NCBI GenBank assembly: GCA_016177025.1
Contig: JACOWB010000011.1
Location: 1-49,132 of the forward strand
Direction: 5' to 3'
DNA length: 49,132 bases
Source: Candidatus Aenigmatarchaeota archaeon
GTDB taxonomy: Archaea > Aenigmatarchaeota > Aenigmatarchaeia > CG10238-14 > SCSR01
The notes under the pieces were generated by a model. The model was not told where the DNA came from, did no database searches, and worked only from the letters and a program-made list of their open reading frames with translations. Positions 8,093 to 17,778 of the stretch are shown piece after piece (the stretch's first letter is position 1; each line of letters opens with the position of its first letter). Made by a program: the position numbers and the translations under genes.

Positions 8093-9814
8093 TTATTGTT
8101 TTATGACTAGTGCTTTCTTCTTGACAGCGATCCTAACTTCCGATTCCAACCTGCCCAATGGTCTGTCCTCCAAATTAATGAATTTCATATGCGCTGCAAC
8201 TGTGGGATGGACTTTCTGGACGGCGTAGAACATATCCTGCACTAGCTTTCTATAATCCGGATGTCCGCCAGGAGTTGTTCTCAATTCGCATAAATGAAAC
8301 AGCTGTCTTGCATTCAGTCGGTAATACCATCGTGTGTTAAATCCAAAAGTCACGACATACTGCGCTTGAAACGGAAGAATGGGATGCAGTTTATTGAACA
8401 AATCTATCACCTGCCGCATCTTGTTTTCATAGTCATCGGATATACCTATTTCCTTGAACTCCTTTCTTGTATTGTAACCGAGGTTTACTGTGAAATTCTG
8501 CCTCTCCTGCGTGCATACCCTATGCCTTTGTATATCACGGAATATCCCGACTCTTGCATTGAGATCAAAGAGATATTCCACGCTTTCAAACGCTCTTCCA
8601 GGTTTGTGCCTGCGATTGACCCTATTGCCGACATATGCAGCGATAATTTTCTTTCTCTCCTCTCGGGGCATGAGGATAGCTTTTTCTATAAGCTGGCTCA
8701 TCGAATGACCGTGGCCGAATTTGTAAAGTATGCTGGCAGTCAAAATGACCTGAGTCGTATCATCGGGATTCTCCGCGCCTTTTCCTGTATATCCGACTAG
8801 TCTAAATTGTTCCGTTGAATCATTCGTCTCCACACCAGCCAATACCTGATTTACTAGATTGAAGGTGTCTTCAGTTCTTCCTTTGAAAAATTCTTGATAT
8901 GCCATGCCATGTTTGTCTGGGACTCGTTTAATTAGCGAAGGAACAAGCTTGTTCAATTCTGCATAAATATTCTGACCAATCCATTTGGATTCAGCCAATG
9001 GCGACGATAATAATTTTAATACAAGGTTTTCATAAGAGCGTGCGTTCATGTTTATGCCGACATGAGTCAATGTTGCCATCGGAAGATAGTCCCTTATCAA
9101 ATCCAGTGCGTTCGCTTTCACAGAGTTGTCATATGCTTTCTTTAAATCAGTTTCTGTTATCCCGTATTTTTCTTCTATTTCTGGCGTCAACTCGGAAACT
9201 TTTACTATCGCATCGCCAATCCTGAAAGTTTGCGACTCGAAAGGATTCAAATCTGATATATATTTTAACATCATTTCCATGTGCGTGGTATATGATGCGA
9301 GCAGACTTCTCATCAGGTTCAAGTACTCATCAGCATACCGCGAATTGAGTATATCAGGATCCTTGTAGAACATGAATTCTCCATTAGGAAGAGTCTTGTC
9401 GAAGAAAACATATCGTGTGGATTTTTCGATATACGAACCTATCCGAGATTCTTCTATTTCCTTTACAGCCAAATTTGATACGAACTCGCATGAAACAGGC
9501 AATCCACCAGACATTTCCTGAATAGAATCATCACCATAGTCAACAAGCCATGCTTCGAAAAATTCCCTTCCCCTGTCTTTGTTCGGCAGGAATTCCTTGA
9601 GGAAAAGTTTCTTTCCTGTAAAAATTGTCCTACTGTATCTCGATAGCAATGCTCCAATTTGTTCCGGTGTCAGTATATCGCCAATTTTCCACGCAAAGAT
9701 ATTGCTGTCGGTATTCGATACAACATTCGATAGAGTCTGAACTTCTTCGTCGGTGAATTCTTCTACAGGAATTCCTTGGTCGTTCTCCCAGAATTTAAGC
9801 AATGTTTCAGGCAC
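8093..9814 (-). CDS. thyX: FAD-dependent thymidylate synthase, long tandem-domain form
   Basis: YIEKSTRYV in the N domain; FRDIQRHR, HLCELRTTPGGHPDYR in the C domain; GTG start. Confidence 0.92.
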   Translation of the reverse strand: MPETLLKFWENDQGIPVEEFTDEEVQTLSNVVSNTDSNIFAWKIGDILTPEQIGALLSRYSRTIFTGKKLFLKEFLPNKDRGREFFEAWLVDYGDDSIQEMSGGLPVSCEFVSNLAVKEIEESRIGSYIEKSTRYVFFDKTLPNGEFMFYKDPDILNSRYADEYLNLMRSLLASYTTHMEMMLKYISDLNPFESQTFRIGDAIVKVSELTPEIEEKYGITETDLKKAYDNSVKANALDLIRDYLPMATLTHVGINMNARSYENLVLKLLSSPLAESKWIGQNIYAELNKLVPSLIKRVPDKHGMAYQEFFKGRTEDTFNLVNQVLAGVETNDSTEQFRLVGYTGKGAENPDDTTQVILTASILYKFGHGHSMSQLIEKAILMPREERKKIIAAYVGNRVNRRHKPGRAFESVEYLFDLNARVGIFRDIQRHRVCTQERQNFTVNLGYNTRKEFKEIGISDDYENKMRQVIDLFNKLHPILPFQAQYVVTFGFNTRWYYRLNARQLFHLCELRTTPGGHPDYRKLVQDMFYAVQKVHPTVAAHMKFINLEDRPLGRLESEVRIAVKKKALVIKQ

Positions 9815-9854
9815 AAAGTGAAGATGAGATTTAAACTATTAATTCTTTCAATTT

Positions 9855-11129
9855 TTACAATTGTTCTAATTCGTGAAGAAGTCTAACAAATCCTTTTTCT
9901 CTTATCAATTCTGAAACATTCTGTGTACTATTAGAACCTACAGCTAAACAAATGGAATCGTGATCAGATGCTAAAAAGTCAATTCGTTGTTTCAACTCCG
10001 GATTTACTTCAAACAAGTCCCTTTTCCCGTTTGGATAAGATACCGCTACATTATCGGCACTTTTCTTTACTCTTTCTCCAGAAGTTGTGAAGAGAATGAC
10101 ATCTGCAGAATCGACTTTCGTTAATTCCGCTACTTTTCTTTCTGTTTTATCTCTATCAGCTAGTGAACTAACAGATTGAACCAGTTTATCATATTCTTGA
10201 TCATCTACAAGTTCTTCATTACGTACAGAAAATTTTCTTACAGCACGTTTTATTCGTGCTACCATCCACAAGTGTGGTTGGTTAAAATTATCACTAAAAA
10301 CGGTCTTGTATACACTTTGTGTTATTGGGTTTGCAGAATGTCTAACGGTGTTCATAGCTTCTATGTCATCCCAATTCCACATCTCATACGGATCTATCCC
10401 ATCCGTCTTGATAGCATTGTATAATGCCTTCAACATAGCTGTGGCAATAAGTGTAGGGGCTTCATCTAGATACACTGCCATATAGTTAAACGCATATGAA
10501 TTTACAACAGCTTCCGCTTGTCCTAATCCCTGATATAATACGCCATAACTTTCTCCATCAAACCACAAGTAAGGTAATACTCCAGTAGTATCTGTTTGAG
10601 GCATACCCACATGATGTCTATCCCTTGCAATATAATCCAGTCTATCCGCACTCAAAGCATGATGAGAGACTATTTGATGATAAGGATGCGAACCATCTAA
10701 CATACTTCGAACTTTTGCATAGTCAACAATATTTTCCAACAAAGGTTTAAGTCTTTCTAACTTTTCTAATGTCATGCTTTCATGACTTTTCCCAGTCAGT
10801 TCTTGTAAAAGGGTTTCCCCAGTATGGGACCAAAATGGGTGACCCAAATCATGCAATACGCCAGCGAGCTTTAGAGCATTTACGTCTTCTCTACTGAAGC
10901 GTAACCATTCACCTATCTTTCCTGCTAAATAACCTGCACCTAGACTATGCTCCAATCTAGTAACATTGGCACCCGGTCTAACCGGATAAACGAAACTCAT
11001 TTGTCTTAATTCAGCAAGTCGCCTCAATTCTCCTTGCCCCAGAAGGACTGTTGCGTCCCCAAGAATTTCCGGTATAGCGGCATTCCCATAAGGGTGAGGT
11101 ACCCAAATCGTCGAGTTTGCCGAATACAT
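9855..11129 (-). CDS. HD-domain phosphohydrolase (SAMHD1/dNTP triphosphohydrolase-like)
   Basis: LRRLAELRQM, TRLEHSLG, LHDLGHPFWSH, SADRLDYIARD; likely start ATG 11129. Confidence 0.85.
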   Translation of the reverse strand: MYSANSTIWVPHPYGNAAIPEILGDATVLLGQGELRRLAELRQMSFVYPVRPGANVTRLEHSLGAGYLAGKIGEWLRFSREDVNALKLAGVLHDLGHPFWSHTGETLLQELTGKSHESMTLEKLERLKPLLENIVDYAKVRSMLDGSHPYHQIVSHHALSADRLDYIARDRHHVGMPQTDTTGVLPYLWFDGESYGVLYQGLGQAEAVVNSYAFNYMAVYLDEAPTLIATAMLKALYNAIKTDGIDPYEMWNWDDIEAMNTVRHSANPITQSVYKTVFSDNFNQPHLWMVARIKRAVRKFSVRNEELVDDQEYDKLVQSVSSLADRDKTERKVAELTKVDSADVILFTTSGERVKKSADNVAVSYPNGKRDLFEVNPELKQRIDFLASDHDSICLAVGSNSTQNVSELIREKGFVRLLHELEQL

Positions 11130-11196
11130 AAAATTGAACTGAAAAATAACATTTAAATACCGGCATTTAATTAGAATTATTGGAGGTGTGATGATA

Positions 11197-11337
11197 ATGG
11201 CATTAGCTGTCAAATCTGCTGTTCGTGGTCAGTTGAAGGGGATGCGAGCAGGCGGAGATTTCTTCAAAGAACTGGACAACAAAATTGCTTGTTTATCTTC
11301 AACTTTTCATTTTAAAATTAGGTCGGTCAAAGGATGA
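11197..11337 (+). CDS. Small histone-fold protein (alpha3-less / face-to-face type), C-terminus apparently replaced
   Basis: GGAGGTG RBS; MALAVKSAVRGQLKGMRAGGDFFKELDNKIA fits alpha1-loop-alpha2; the tail CLSSTFHFKIRSVKG lacks RAKxxxRKT. Not in the ORF track. Confidence 0.7.
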   Translation: MALAVKSAVRGQLKGMRAGGDFFKELDNKIACLSSTFHFKIRSVKG

Positions 11338-11576
11338 GTCAGTCTAGTGATAGCAATCAGCAGCAAGCTTACAGATTACGTGCAGTCTTAATACAAAACT
11401 CAACTAAAAGCCCTAGTAGTTCCAGAAGATTCGTTTCCGAGGACGCATCTCGTCATTTAGCTCGCCAAATCTATGGTGACAATTGTGTAGAAATTGGTTG
11501 GGCATTTAATTTTCTTCGTTCCCAAAGGTATGCTAGAGAAGTGGTAAGAAATGGCGTACGAGGATATCTTGTCTAA
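11334..11576 (+). CDS. Hypothetical protein (ORFan, possibly winged-helix-like)
   Basis: 80-aa ORF whose ATG overlaps the histone-ORF TGA; stop overlaps the DUF1512 stop. Confidence 0.5.
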   Translation: MSQSSDSNQQQAYRLRAVLIQNSTKSPSSSRRFVSEDASRHLARQIYGDNCVEIGWAFNFLRSQRYAREVVRNGVRGYLV

Positions 11577-12748
11577 AAACCAAACCATCTTTTCCCCTGT
11601 TTCTCCTGCTCTGCCCTTCCTTTCATCATCTTTGATATCTCTTTCGCTTTCTTTTCCGCGACTTCGGTAGATTTCTTGTCATTCCCGACGCCGCTAGTGT
11701 TCCCAACGCCTAAAAGAATGATAGTCCCTCTTTTCTTGGTGTTCTTGATATTCTGCTCGACAATGCTCACAGCCCTCGGCACAGCCTTCAAAACATCCAA
11801 AGGCATGTTCATTATCGCTTCCTCAGGCGCCATCTTGATCGCAACAGACTCTATAGGAACTTTCTTCTCTGTCGCGACGTTTTCAATAAATGCACGATAG
11901 AAGCTCCCCATTGCAACTCCAATGCCTTCCGCAACTGATCCTGTCCTTTCCCCTTCCAATTTCCCTGCAGCGTCAACAGAAATTATCTTCGCCACCTTAC
12001 CACGCCTGACTTCCTTTTCTACAACTTCCCACGGCTTTCCCAATCTTCCGCCCGGGCCTTTCGCCTTTATTATAACAACACTCCTTCCCTTGATCTTCTT
12101 CCTTGCAACAATCGTGTCCCTGATATCTTTTCCTCGCGAGTCGCCGATCATATGCGATGCGACCATCGGTCCGATTGAGTCGCCCATCGGCCATCCGTTG
12201 GCCATGGTTTCAGTCCCGTTGAGCATGGCTTTGGCCACCTTTTCAATAAACGGCATCTGCATCTGAAGAATCATCGCCAGTTGCAAACTCTTCGTTTTTT
12301 TTATAGTTTCAACAAAATGCCGCACTATTTTTGCGATTTGATTCATGCTAATGGCGCCCGACAATCCGCCAACAAGGCTCGCTTGATCTTCGGGATTCAT
12401 CTTAGGAGCCACTTCCTTGCTGAAGTCCTTGAACTTGTCTTCCACGAGCTCGACAAGATGGTTCAATTTATTCAATATCCCGTAAGGATCAAGATTTACA
12501 GGCTCGATTGCAAAAAACTCCATAAAGTTTCCGACCTTCTCTCTCAGTTCATGCGATGGTTTGTTAGATATCCTTCTGAGCACTATCTGCTTGGTTTTGT
12601 GGGTATAACCTTCAAGCATCAGCGCAGTGCCTTCAAGCTTCCCCAACATCTGCATGAGCATTAGGCGAGGATAGAAGAACATCATCACTACAAAAAATCC
12701 TATCCAGATTGCAGTCCCGATGAAGCTTGTATCCCCGAATAAAGGCAT
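11573..12748 (-). CDS. DUF1512-family archaeal membrane protein
   Basis: N-terminal TM, IEPVNLDPYGI, GWPMGDSIGP, VDAAGKLEGERTGSVAEGIGVAMG, GVGNTSGV. Confidence 0.8.
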   Translation of the reverse strand: MPLFGDTSFIGTAIWIGFFVVMMFFYPRLMLMQMLGKLEGTALMLEGYTHKTKQIVLRRISNKPSHELREKVGNFMEFFAIEPVNLDPYGILNKLNHLVELVEDKFKDFSKEVAPKMNPEDQASLVGGLSGAISMNQIAKIVRHFVETIKKTKSLQLAMILQMQMPFIEKVAKAMLNGTETMANGWPMGDSIGPMVASHMIGDSRGKDIRDTIVARKKIKGRSVVIIKAKGPGGRLGKPWEVVEKEVRRGKVAKIISVDAAGKLEGERTGSVAEGIGVAMGSFYRAFIENVATEKKVPIESVAIKMAPEEAIMNMPLDVLKAVPRAVSIVEQNIKNTKKRGTIILLGVGNTSGVGNDKKSTEVAEKKAKEISKMMKGRAEQEKQGKRWFGF

Positions 12749-12802
12749 TTTTCCACTCAGAAGTATTCAAGATTTCGCAGTGCTCATTTAAATAAATTCT
12801 GT

Positions 12803-13015
12803 CTAAAGCAACATTATCTTCTTATTCAAGCTGTACAGGGCGAGCTTGACGCCTGAGACAATCGACCATCCTATCCGACTTATCTCACCGTAACGCTTCA
12901 GCTTCATTATACTGATGGCTACAGATGTCCTGCTCTTGCCTGTGTGCTTGGTGAAGTCTTTGATGGTACCATTGCCAGTTTTTTTCAAATAGTTCAGTAT
13001 CTCTGCCTGCGACAT
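12803..13015 (-). CDS. Small winged-helix DNA-binding protein
   Basis: EILNYLKK.G..TIKDFTKHTGKSRTSV..SIMKL.RYGEI HTH pattern. Confidence 0.65.
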   Translation of the reverse strand: MSQAEILNYLKKTGNGTIKDFTKHTGKSRTSVAISIMKLKRYGEISRIGWSIVSGVKLALYSLNKKIMLL

Positions 13016-13117
13016 TATATCAATTTGTCACCGCAGATATTATATAATTAGAGTTTGTCCATACCGACACAACAGACGTTGTCACTAATATGTAGTGAAG
13101 AATAGAAAAGCTTATAT

Positions 13118-13939
13118 ATGAGTAACTCTTCAAGAATTGATATGAATCTTACTGAGTTAACAAGAACGCTAGAAGAAGGCAGGATACTTTTGGAACCACT
13201 TCGAAGAAGTGGACAGACTTACTTTAGAGATACTGATGGAGGATTGTATACTTACGGTGTAGGAGGAAATAAAGTTTTAGCAGGTGGTGTAAACAGAACA
13301 GTCGCTGGAGAATTAGGTCTCCAAGAGCTGTGGTATGATGAAGACGGTTTGAGGTTAATATTTCCTATTGGGTATTCTTTTGATGAAGCAGGTTTAGTTA
13401 AAATCCGTGAAGCTGTAGAATTTAACAATCCAGATGATGTCAGGAAGTTGTGGTTTAGAAGGTATGTAGGAGAAGGACAAATACGAGAAAATTACGAAAG
13501 AGCTATAAAAGAAGGTTTTGCTCGCTGGAATGAAGAGGAAAAAAGATTTGAAATCGAAAGTGAAGTGCCTCCTGAAAACAGAGGTTTTTTTTATGACTTT
13601 TGGTCTCCTATAGGTCTTTGTGAAGTAAATTCAATTCCTGAAGGATTTTCCCTCTGGGGCACTGATATACGATATCATAAAATAACAGGTCAAAACTGTG
13701 TAACTGGTCGTGTTACAGCATACCCTTTAAGGAGAGATGGGCAACCTGAAGTCGTCGGTATAAGCATACAAAGAGAACCTGTAGTTAGAGGAATACCCTT
13801 TAATTCTGGTTACCATCGCGGTGAGGCATCAGTGCTTCATTCACATATGCCCCTGCATGATCATGAGGTATCTGGAATAAATCCTACAACAATTGGTTTA
13901 GCACAATGGATTATAGACGAAGCATTGAGACAACCCTAA
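13118..13939 (+). CDS. Hypothetical protein (AT-rich ORFan)
   Basis: 273-aa open frame; real start may be ATG 13142 given the TTATATA box at about 13111. Confidence 0.65.
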   Translation: MSNSSRIDMNLTELTRTLEEGRILLEPLRRSGQTYFRDTDGGLYTYGVGGNKVLAGGVNRTVAGELGLQELWYDEDGLRLIFPIGYSFDEAGLVKIREAVEFNNPDDVRKLWFRRYVGEGQIRENYERAIKEGFARWNEEEKRFEIESEVPPENRGFFYDFWSPIGLCEVNSIPEGFSLWGTDIRYHKITGQNCVTGRVTAYPLRRDGQPEVVGISIQREPVVRGIPFNSGYHRGEASVLHSHMPLHDHEVSGINPTTIGLAQWIIDEALRQP

Positions 13940-13985
13940 ATCGCAACTTAATATTAATAAATTTTCAATTATATAGTAGAATTCT

Positions 13986-14666
13986 ATGACAGAACACAGC
14001 CACTCCGGTGGTCATTTTAAGCTCATCCTGGCTCTTGTGCTGATAGGCGGCATAATGGGTTTGATTGCCTATGCCAACACAGGGCAGCAATTTCTCCAGT
14101 CATTCAAAGTGGGAAAGTTCGCTGATGTGCAGAGCACGGCGCAGAAAGAACCTTTTGGCTTGTCACTAAGCACAGGCGTGACGGCATTGTACGGAAAGAG
14201 CTTTTCGATAGCGTCTTCCCCATTCTCGTTTGAGGGCATTTGCAGCTTGGTCACCGTCGGAGGGTTAAACGTAGAGACCGAAGATGCACGATGCTCAGCG
14301 TCTGTGGAAAGCTTCTCAGGAACATTTCAATACAGTCCATTCGGAAGTATTTTGTTTACCGGAAGCTCGAACTCAGTCAAGGTCAACGATAACAAATACA
14401 CCGCGGCCACCCCAATAAGCTTTGAGTTTGAAGTTATTCCCACTGCGTTTTCTGTGAGCGGTATAAACGCGAACACAATCTCCATGGTTACGCCTTCAGG
14501 CAAGATTGAGAAATACGGCAAGGACGGCTCGTTGAAAGCTGTTGCCTACTTGAGCCAGAGCACGCTGGATTTAAATAGTTTGGTTGCGTATGCACAATTA
14601 GAAAACGGTGGGCTAAAGATCACCGGGACTGCGACTTCTGTCAAAAGCGAAGAATTCAACTGGTAA
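13986..14666 (+). CDS. Hypothetical membrane-anchored, beta-rich exported protein
   Basis: N-terminal TM (LILALVLIGGIMGLIAY) then a Ser/Thr/Gly-rich domain. Confidence 0.7.
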   Translation: MTEHSHSGGHFKLILALVLIGGIMGLIAYANTGQQFLQSFKVGKFADVQSTAQKEPFGLSLSTGVTALYGKSFSIASSPFSFEGICSLVTVGGLNVETEDARCSASVESFSGTFQYSPFGSILFTGSSNSVKVNDNKYTAATPISFEFEVIPTAFSVSGINANTISMVTPSGKIEKYGKDGSLKAVAYLSQSTLDLNSLVAYAQLENGGLKITGTATSVKSEEFNW

Positions 14667-14709
14667 ATGCCAGAAATTAAAAATCGAATAAATTAAAAGG
14701 AGTGATTTA

Positions 14710-15171
14710 ATGTATCAAAGAAGACCGACAAGAAGCGATTACGGTAACGTAGCCATTTTTGTCGACGGTCCTAACATGCTCCGAAAGGAGTTTATGATAG
14801 ACTTGGGCGAGGTTAGAAGGATCTCGCGAAAATTCGGCAGGATAGCGATAGCAAAGGTTTTCATAAACCAGTATGCGCCCGAGAAGCTCATAGAGGCTGT
14901 CATCAACGAAGGTTTCGAGTGTGTGATGGTCTTGGGCATGAAGGCCGATATGGAAACGTCTGCCGACGTTGATGTGTCGTTGGCGACATCTGCGATGGAT
15001 GCTATCATAACAAAGGAAGTTGACACAGTGGTTTTTGTTACACGCGATGCCGATTTCTTACCTGTGATTCAAAAGGCCAAGGAATACGGCAAAAGGACTG
15101 TAGTCATAGGCGCGGATGCGGGATTTTCAGCATCGCTGCAGAATGCGGCTGATTTAGTGGAAATATTGTAA
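14710..15171 (+). CDS. NYN-domain (LabA/DUF88 PIN-like) protein
   Basis: VAIFVDGPNM, DVDVSLA, TRDADFLPVI..AKEYGK.TVVIG; GGAGTGA RBS. Confidence 0.9.
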   Translation: MYQRRPTRSDYGNVAIFVDGPNMLRKEFMIDLGEVRRISRKFGRIAIAKVFINQYAPEKLIEAVINEGFECVMVLGMKADMETSADVDVSLATSAMDAIITKEVDTVVFVTRDADFLPVIQKAKEYGKRTVVIGADAGFSASLQNAADLVEIL

Positions 15172-15204
15172 AGTTTTAGTTACCAAAACCTAAGTTAGAA
15201 TTAG

Positions 15205-15471
15205 ATGGAACCGATAGAAATACTAGCGATGACATTAGGCACTATTGCAGCCGCAAGTTTCTTTTTACAAGCGTTTAAAATAGAGAAACTTCGAGAGTCG
15301 AAAGAGATAGCATTACCGATGTATTTGATACTCCTTGCGACCGCAATTACGTGGTTACTTTACGGCATTAGCATCGGAAGTTTGCCTTTAATTGTTAGTT
15401 ATACTGTTGGTGTTGTCAGTAACGCTACTGTAATCGTGGTTTATTTTATGTATGACAAAAACCGAAAATAA
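15205..15471 (+). CDS. SemiSWEET / PQ-loop family transporter
   Basis: Three TMs; FFLQAFKI...SKEIALPMY...WLLYG.SI.SLPLI. Confidence 0.75.
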   Translation: MEPIEILAMTLGTIAAASFFLQAFKIEKLRESKEIALPMYLILLATAITWLLYGISIGSLPLIVSYTVGVVSNATVIVVYFMYDKNRK

Positions 15472-15509
15472 TCCGAGGTTAGAGGCAGATATGAACCAAA
15501 TAAAAAATT

Positions 15510-16784
15510 CTATCGTCTTCTTCCCCTATCTGAGGATCTAGACCTTCTTCTTGATTGGAATCTTCTACCGCGACCTCTTTCTTCATGACGGTTATAGCCT
15601 CTGGGTCCTCTGTAATTGCTCGGTCCTCTATCGTACCTGTCCTCCCTGCCAAATCTCTGCGGGCGGCTGAATTCTATTATTTCAAATTCAGGTTTGTCTG
15701 CTTTGACAACATCCAGGCTGTGGTCTCTCAAGACATTTCTGAAATTGTCATAGTCCCTTTCTGCCAGTATGGTGACCGCATCGCCTTCTTCTCCTGCACG
15801 CGCAGTCCTTCCGATTCTGTGCACATACTCTTCAGAAGTTTTCGGAACATCATAATTGTAGACATGCGAAACATTCCTGATGTCAAGGCCTCTTGCAGCG
15901 ACATCCGTCGCAACCAGGACATTTATCGTCCCTTTTTTCAGAGCTTCAATCGCGTCAAGCCTTCTGCCCTGTGTCAGACCGCCGTGTATTGTCATCGCAC
16001 GTATTCCTTGTGCAGATAAATTTCTCCCGACGATATTAGCTTCCCTGCGTGTCGCACAAAACACAAGAGCGAACCCATCGGAATTCTTCTTAAGAAGGTG
16101 GACGAGCAATGAAAATTTCTCAGCCTGCCTTACATCATAATAGATTTGTTTCAGCAAATGCTTCGCCACATGTATCTGGGTTTTAATTACAACCGGCGAA
16201 TGAAGATGCTTTTCGACTAGCCTGTGGATTTCATTGGGAATAGTCGCGCTGAACAGAAGAGTTTGTCTTTTTTTTGGAACGTTGCTTATGATGAATTCAA
16301 CATCTTCGATGAAACCCATGTCGAACATCCTGTCAGCTTCGTCCAGCACCAGAAACTTGACGTTTTCAAAATTGATGGTTCTTCTCCGGAGATGATCTAT
16401 TATCCTTCCGGGTGTCCCGACAACTATATCAGCCCGTTTTATCGCCTGTATCTGGGGTTCTATGCCTACTCCGCCGTATATGCTTGTAGCTTTTGCGTGC
16501 ATGTGTTTTCCCAAAGCGTTTATAGCATCTGTGACTTGAACGCAGAGTTCCCTTGTAGGCGTTAGTATAAGTGACTGTATTCCATTGCCTGATTCAATCT
16601 TTTCAAGAATCGGCAGACCGAATGCAACTGTCTTCCCCGACCCGGTGCTTGACTGTCCAACAACATCTTTACCCTGCCGTATTTCAGGTATGCATTTCTC
16701 TTGGATTGGTGTCAGTTCGGTATATCCCAAATCTTTTATTGACCGAAGTAAGCTTGGATTCAAATTCAAATCTTCTATTTTCAT
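15510..16784 (-). CDS. DEAD-box RNA helicase
   Basis: TPIQ, STGSGKT, PTRELC, TPGR, DEAD, SAT, HRIGRTAR; Arg/Gly-rich tail. Confidence 0.97.
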   Translation of the reverse strand: MKIEDLNLNPSLLRSIKDLGYTELTPIQEKCIPEIRQGKDVVGQSSTGSGKTVAFGLPILEKIESGNGIQSLILTPTRELCVQVTDAINALGKHMHAKATSIYGGVGIEPQIQAIKRADIVVGTPGRIIDHLRRRTINFENVKFLVLDEADRMFDMGFIEDVEFIISNVPKKRQTLLFSATIPNEIHRLVEKHLHSPVVIKTQIHVAKHLLKQIYYDVRQAEKFSLLVHLLKKNSDGFALVFCATRREANIVGRNLSAQGIRAMTIHGGLTQGRRLDAIEALKKGTINVLVATDVAARGLDIRNVSHVYNYDVPKTSEEYVHRIGRTARAGEEGDAVTILAERDYDNFRNVLRDHSLDVVKADKPEFEIIEFSRPQRFGREDRYDRGPSNYRGPRGYNRHEERGRGRRFQSRRRSRSSDRGRRR

Positions 16785-16837
16785 AATCCCATCTTTTATT
16801 GATTTTTCAACATTCATAAAGGCGTTAGAATCAGAAT

Positions 16838-17662
16838 TCATAATCTGAATTTATCTAATTGCTCCATGTCACTCTTTTCCAATTTCCAACCAACAGCTCC
16901 GGCATTTTCTTCCACATGATTTATGTTGGAAGCTTTCGGTATTGTTATCACAGAATCTTTGGATATTAACCAGTTAAGTGCAATCTGTGCAGGTGTTTTG
17001 TTGTATTTCTTCGAAAGGACACCAAGCAAGAGTATTTTCTTTTTCACAAGTTTTCCATGGCCAAGCGGGCTGTAGGCAGTAAAAATTATTTTATTTTTCC
17101 GGCAGAATGGTATCAATTCTTTTTCAGGCTCTCTTTCAAGCAGGCTGTACTCAACTTGGTTAGTGACTATCTTTGCCCCGTCTAGATACGATTGTGCTTC
17201 TTTCATTTCTTCAACAGAAAAATTACTAACACCGATAAATTTTGTCAATTCTTGTTCAAGCAGGTATTCCATAGCACGCATGGTCTCTTTCAAAGGTATA
17301 TCCGGATTAGGCCAGTGCAGAAGATACAAATCCATCTGTTTTATTTTCAATCTCTTCAAGCTTCTTTTAGCCGCTTCAATTACATCATTATATCTGAAGT
17401 TTCTGGGAAGTACCTTTGATGTTATGAAAAGCTTCTCCCTATCAAATGGTTTTATCGCTTCACTGACAACTTCTTCTGTGTGACCGTTGGCATACATTTC
17501 TGCTGTATCGATGTGCGTCATTCCAAGTTTTATCCCATGCCTCAGTGCTGCGATGGACCGCTTGTCGGTAAAATGATTAGGGAACGTCCCACCACCCATG
17601 CCCCATGTGCCCAAGCCAACAACAGGTATCTTCACGCCTTTGGCGATTTCCTTGAATTCCAT
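16838..17662 (-). CDS. Aldo/keto reductase
   Basis: GLGTW, HIDTAEMY, DLYLLHWP, IGVSNF, NQVEY, AYSPL, IPKAS; start ATG 17662. Confidence 0.95.
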   Translation of the reverse strand: MEFKEIAKGVKIPVVGLGTWGMGGGTFPNHFTDKRSIAALRHGIKLGMTHIDTAEMYANGHTEEVVSEAIKPFDREKLFITSKVLPRNFRYNDVIEAAKRSLKRLKIKQMDLYLLHWPNPDIPLKETMRAMEYLLEQELTKFIGVSNFSVEEMKEAQSYLDGAKIVTNQVEYSLLEREPEKELIPFCRKNKIIFTAYSPLGHGKLVKKKILLLGVLSKKYNKTPAQIALNWLISKDSVITIPKASNINHVEENAGAVGWKLEKSDMEQLDKFRL

Positions 17663-17778
17663 AACATGATATATGTGAGAGGATAGAAAAACTTGTTGAT
17701 ACCGTATATGCGACATTTGATAGTGTATTATTTCCCGAGTTCTAATGTAATACGTCTTACATATAGGCAAGAAAGCTC

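Noticed and set aside
13024-13095. TTGTC(A/C) repeats and the CACTA-N5-TAGTG hairpin upstream of the winged-helix gene
   Set aside because: Possible operators, but short and irregularly spaced; not enough to call.
15510-15660. Arg/Gly/Ser-rich repeats at the DEAD-box C-terminus
   Set aside because: A common low-complexity RNA-binding tail in this family.
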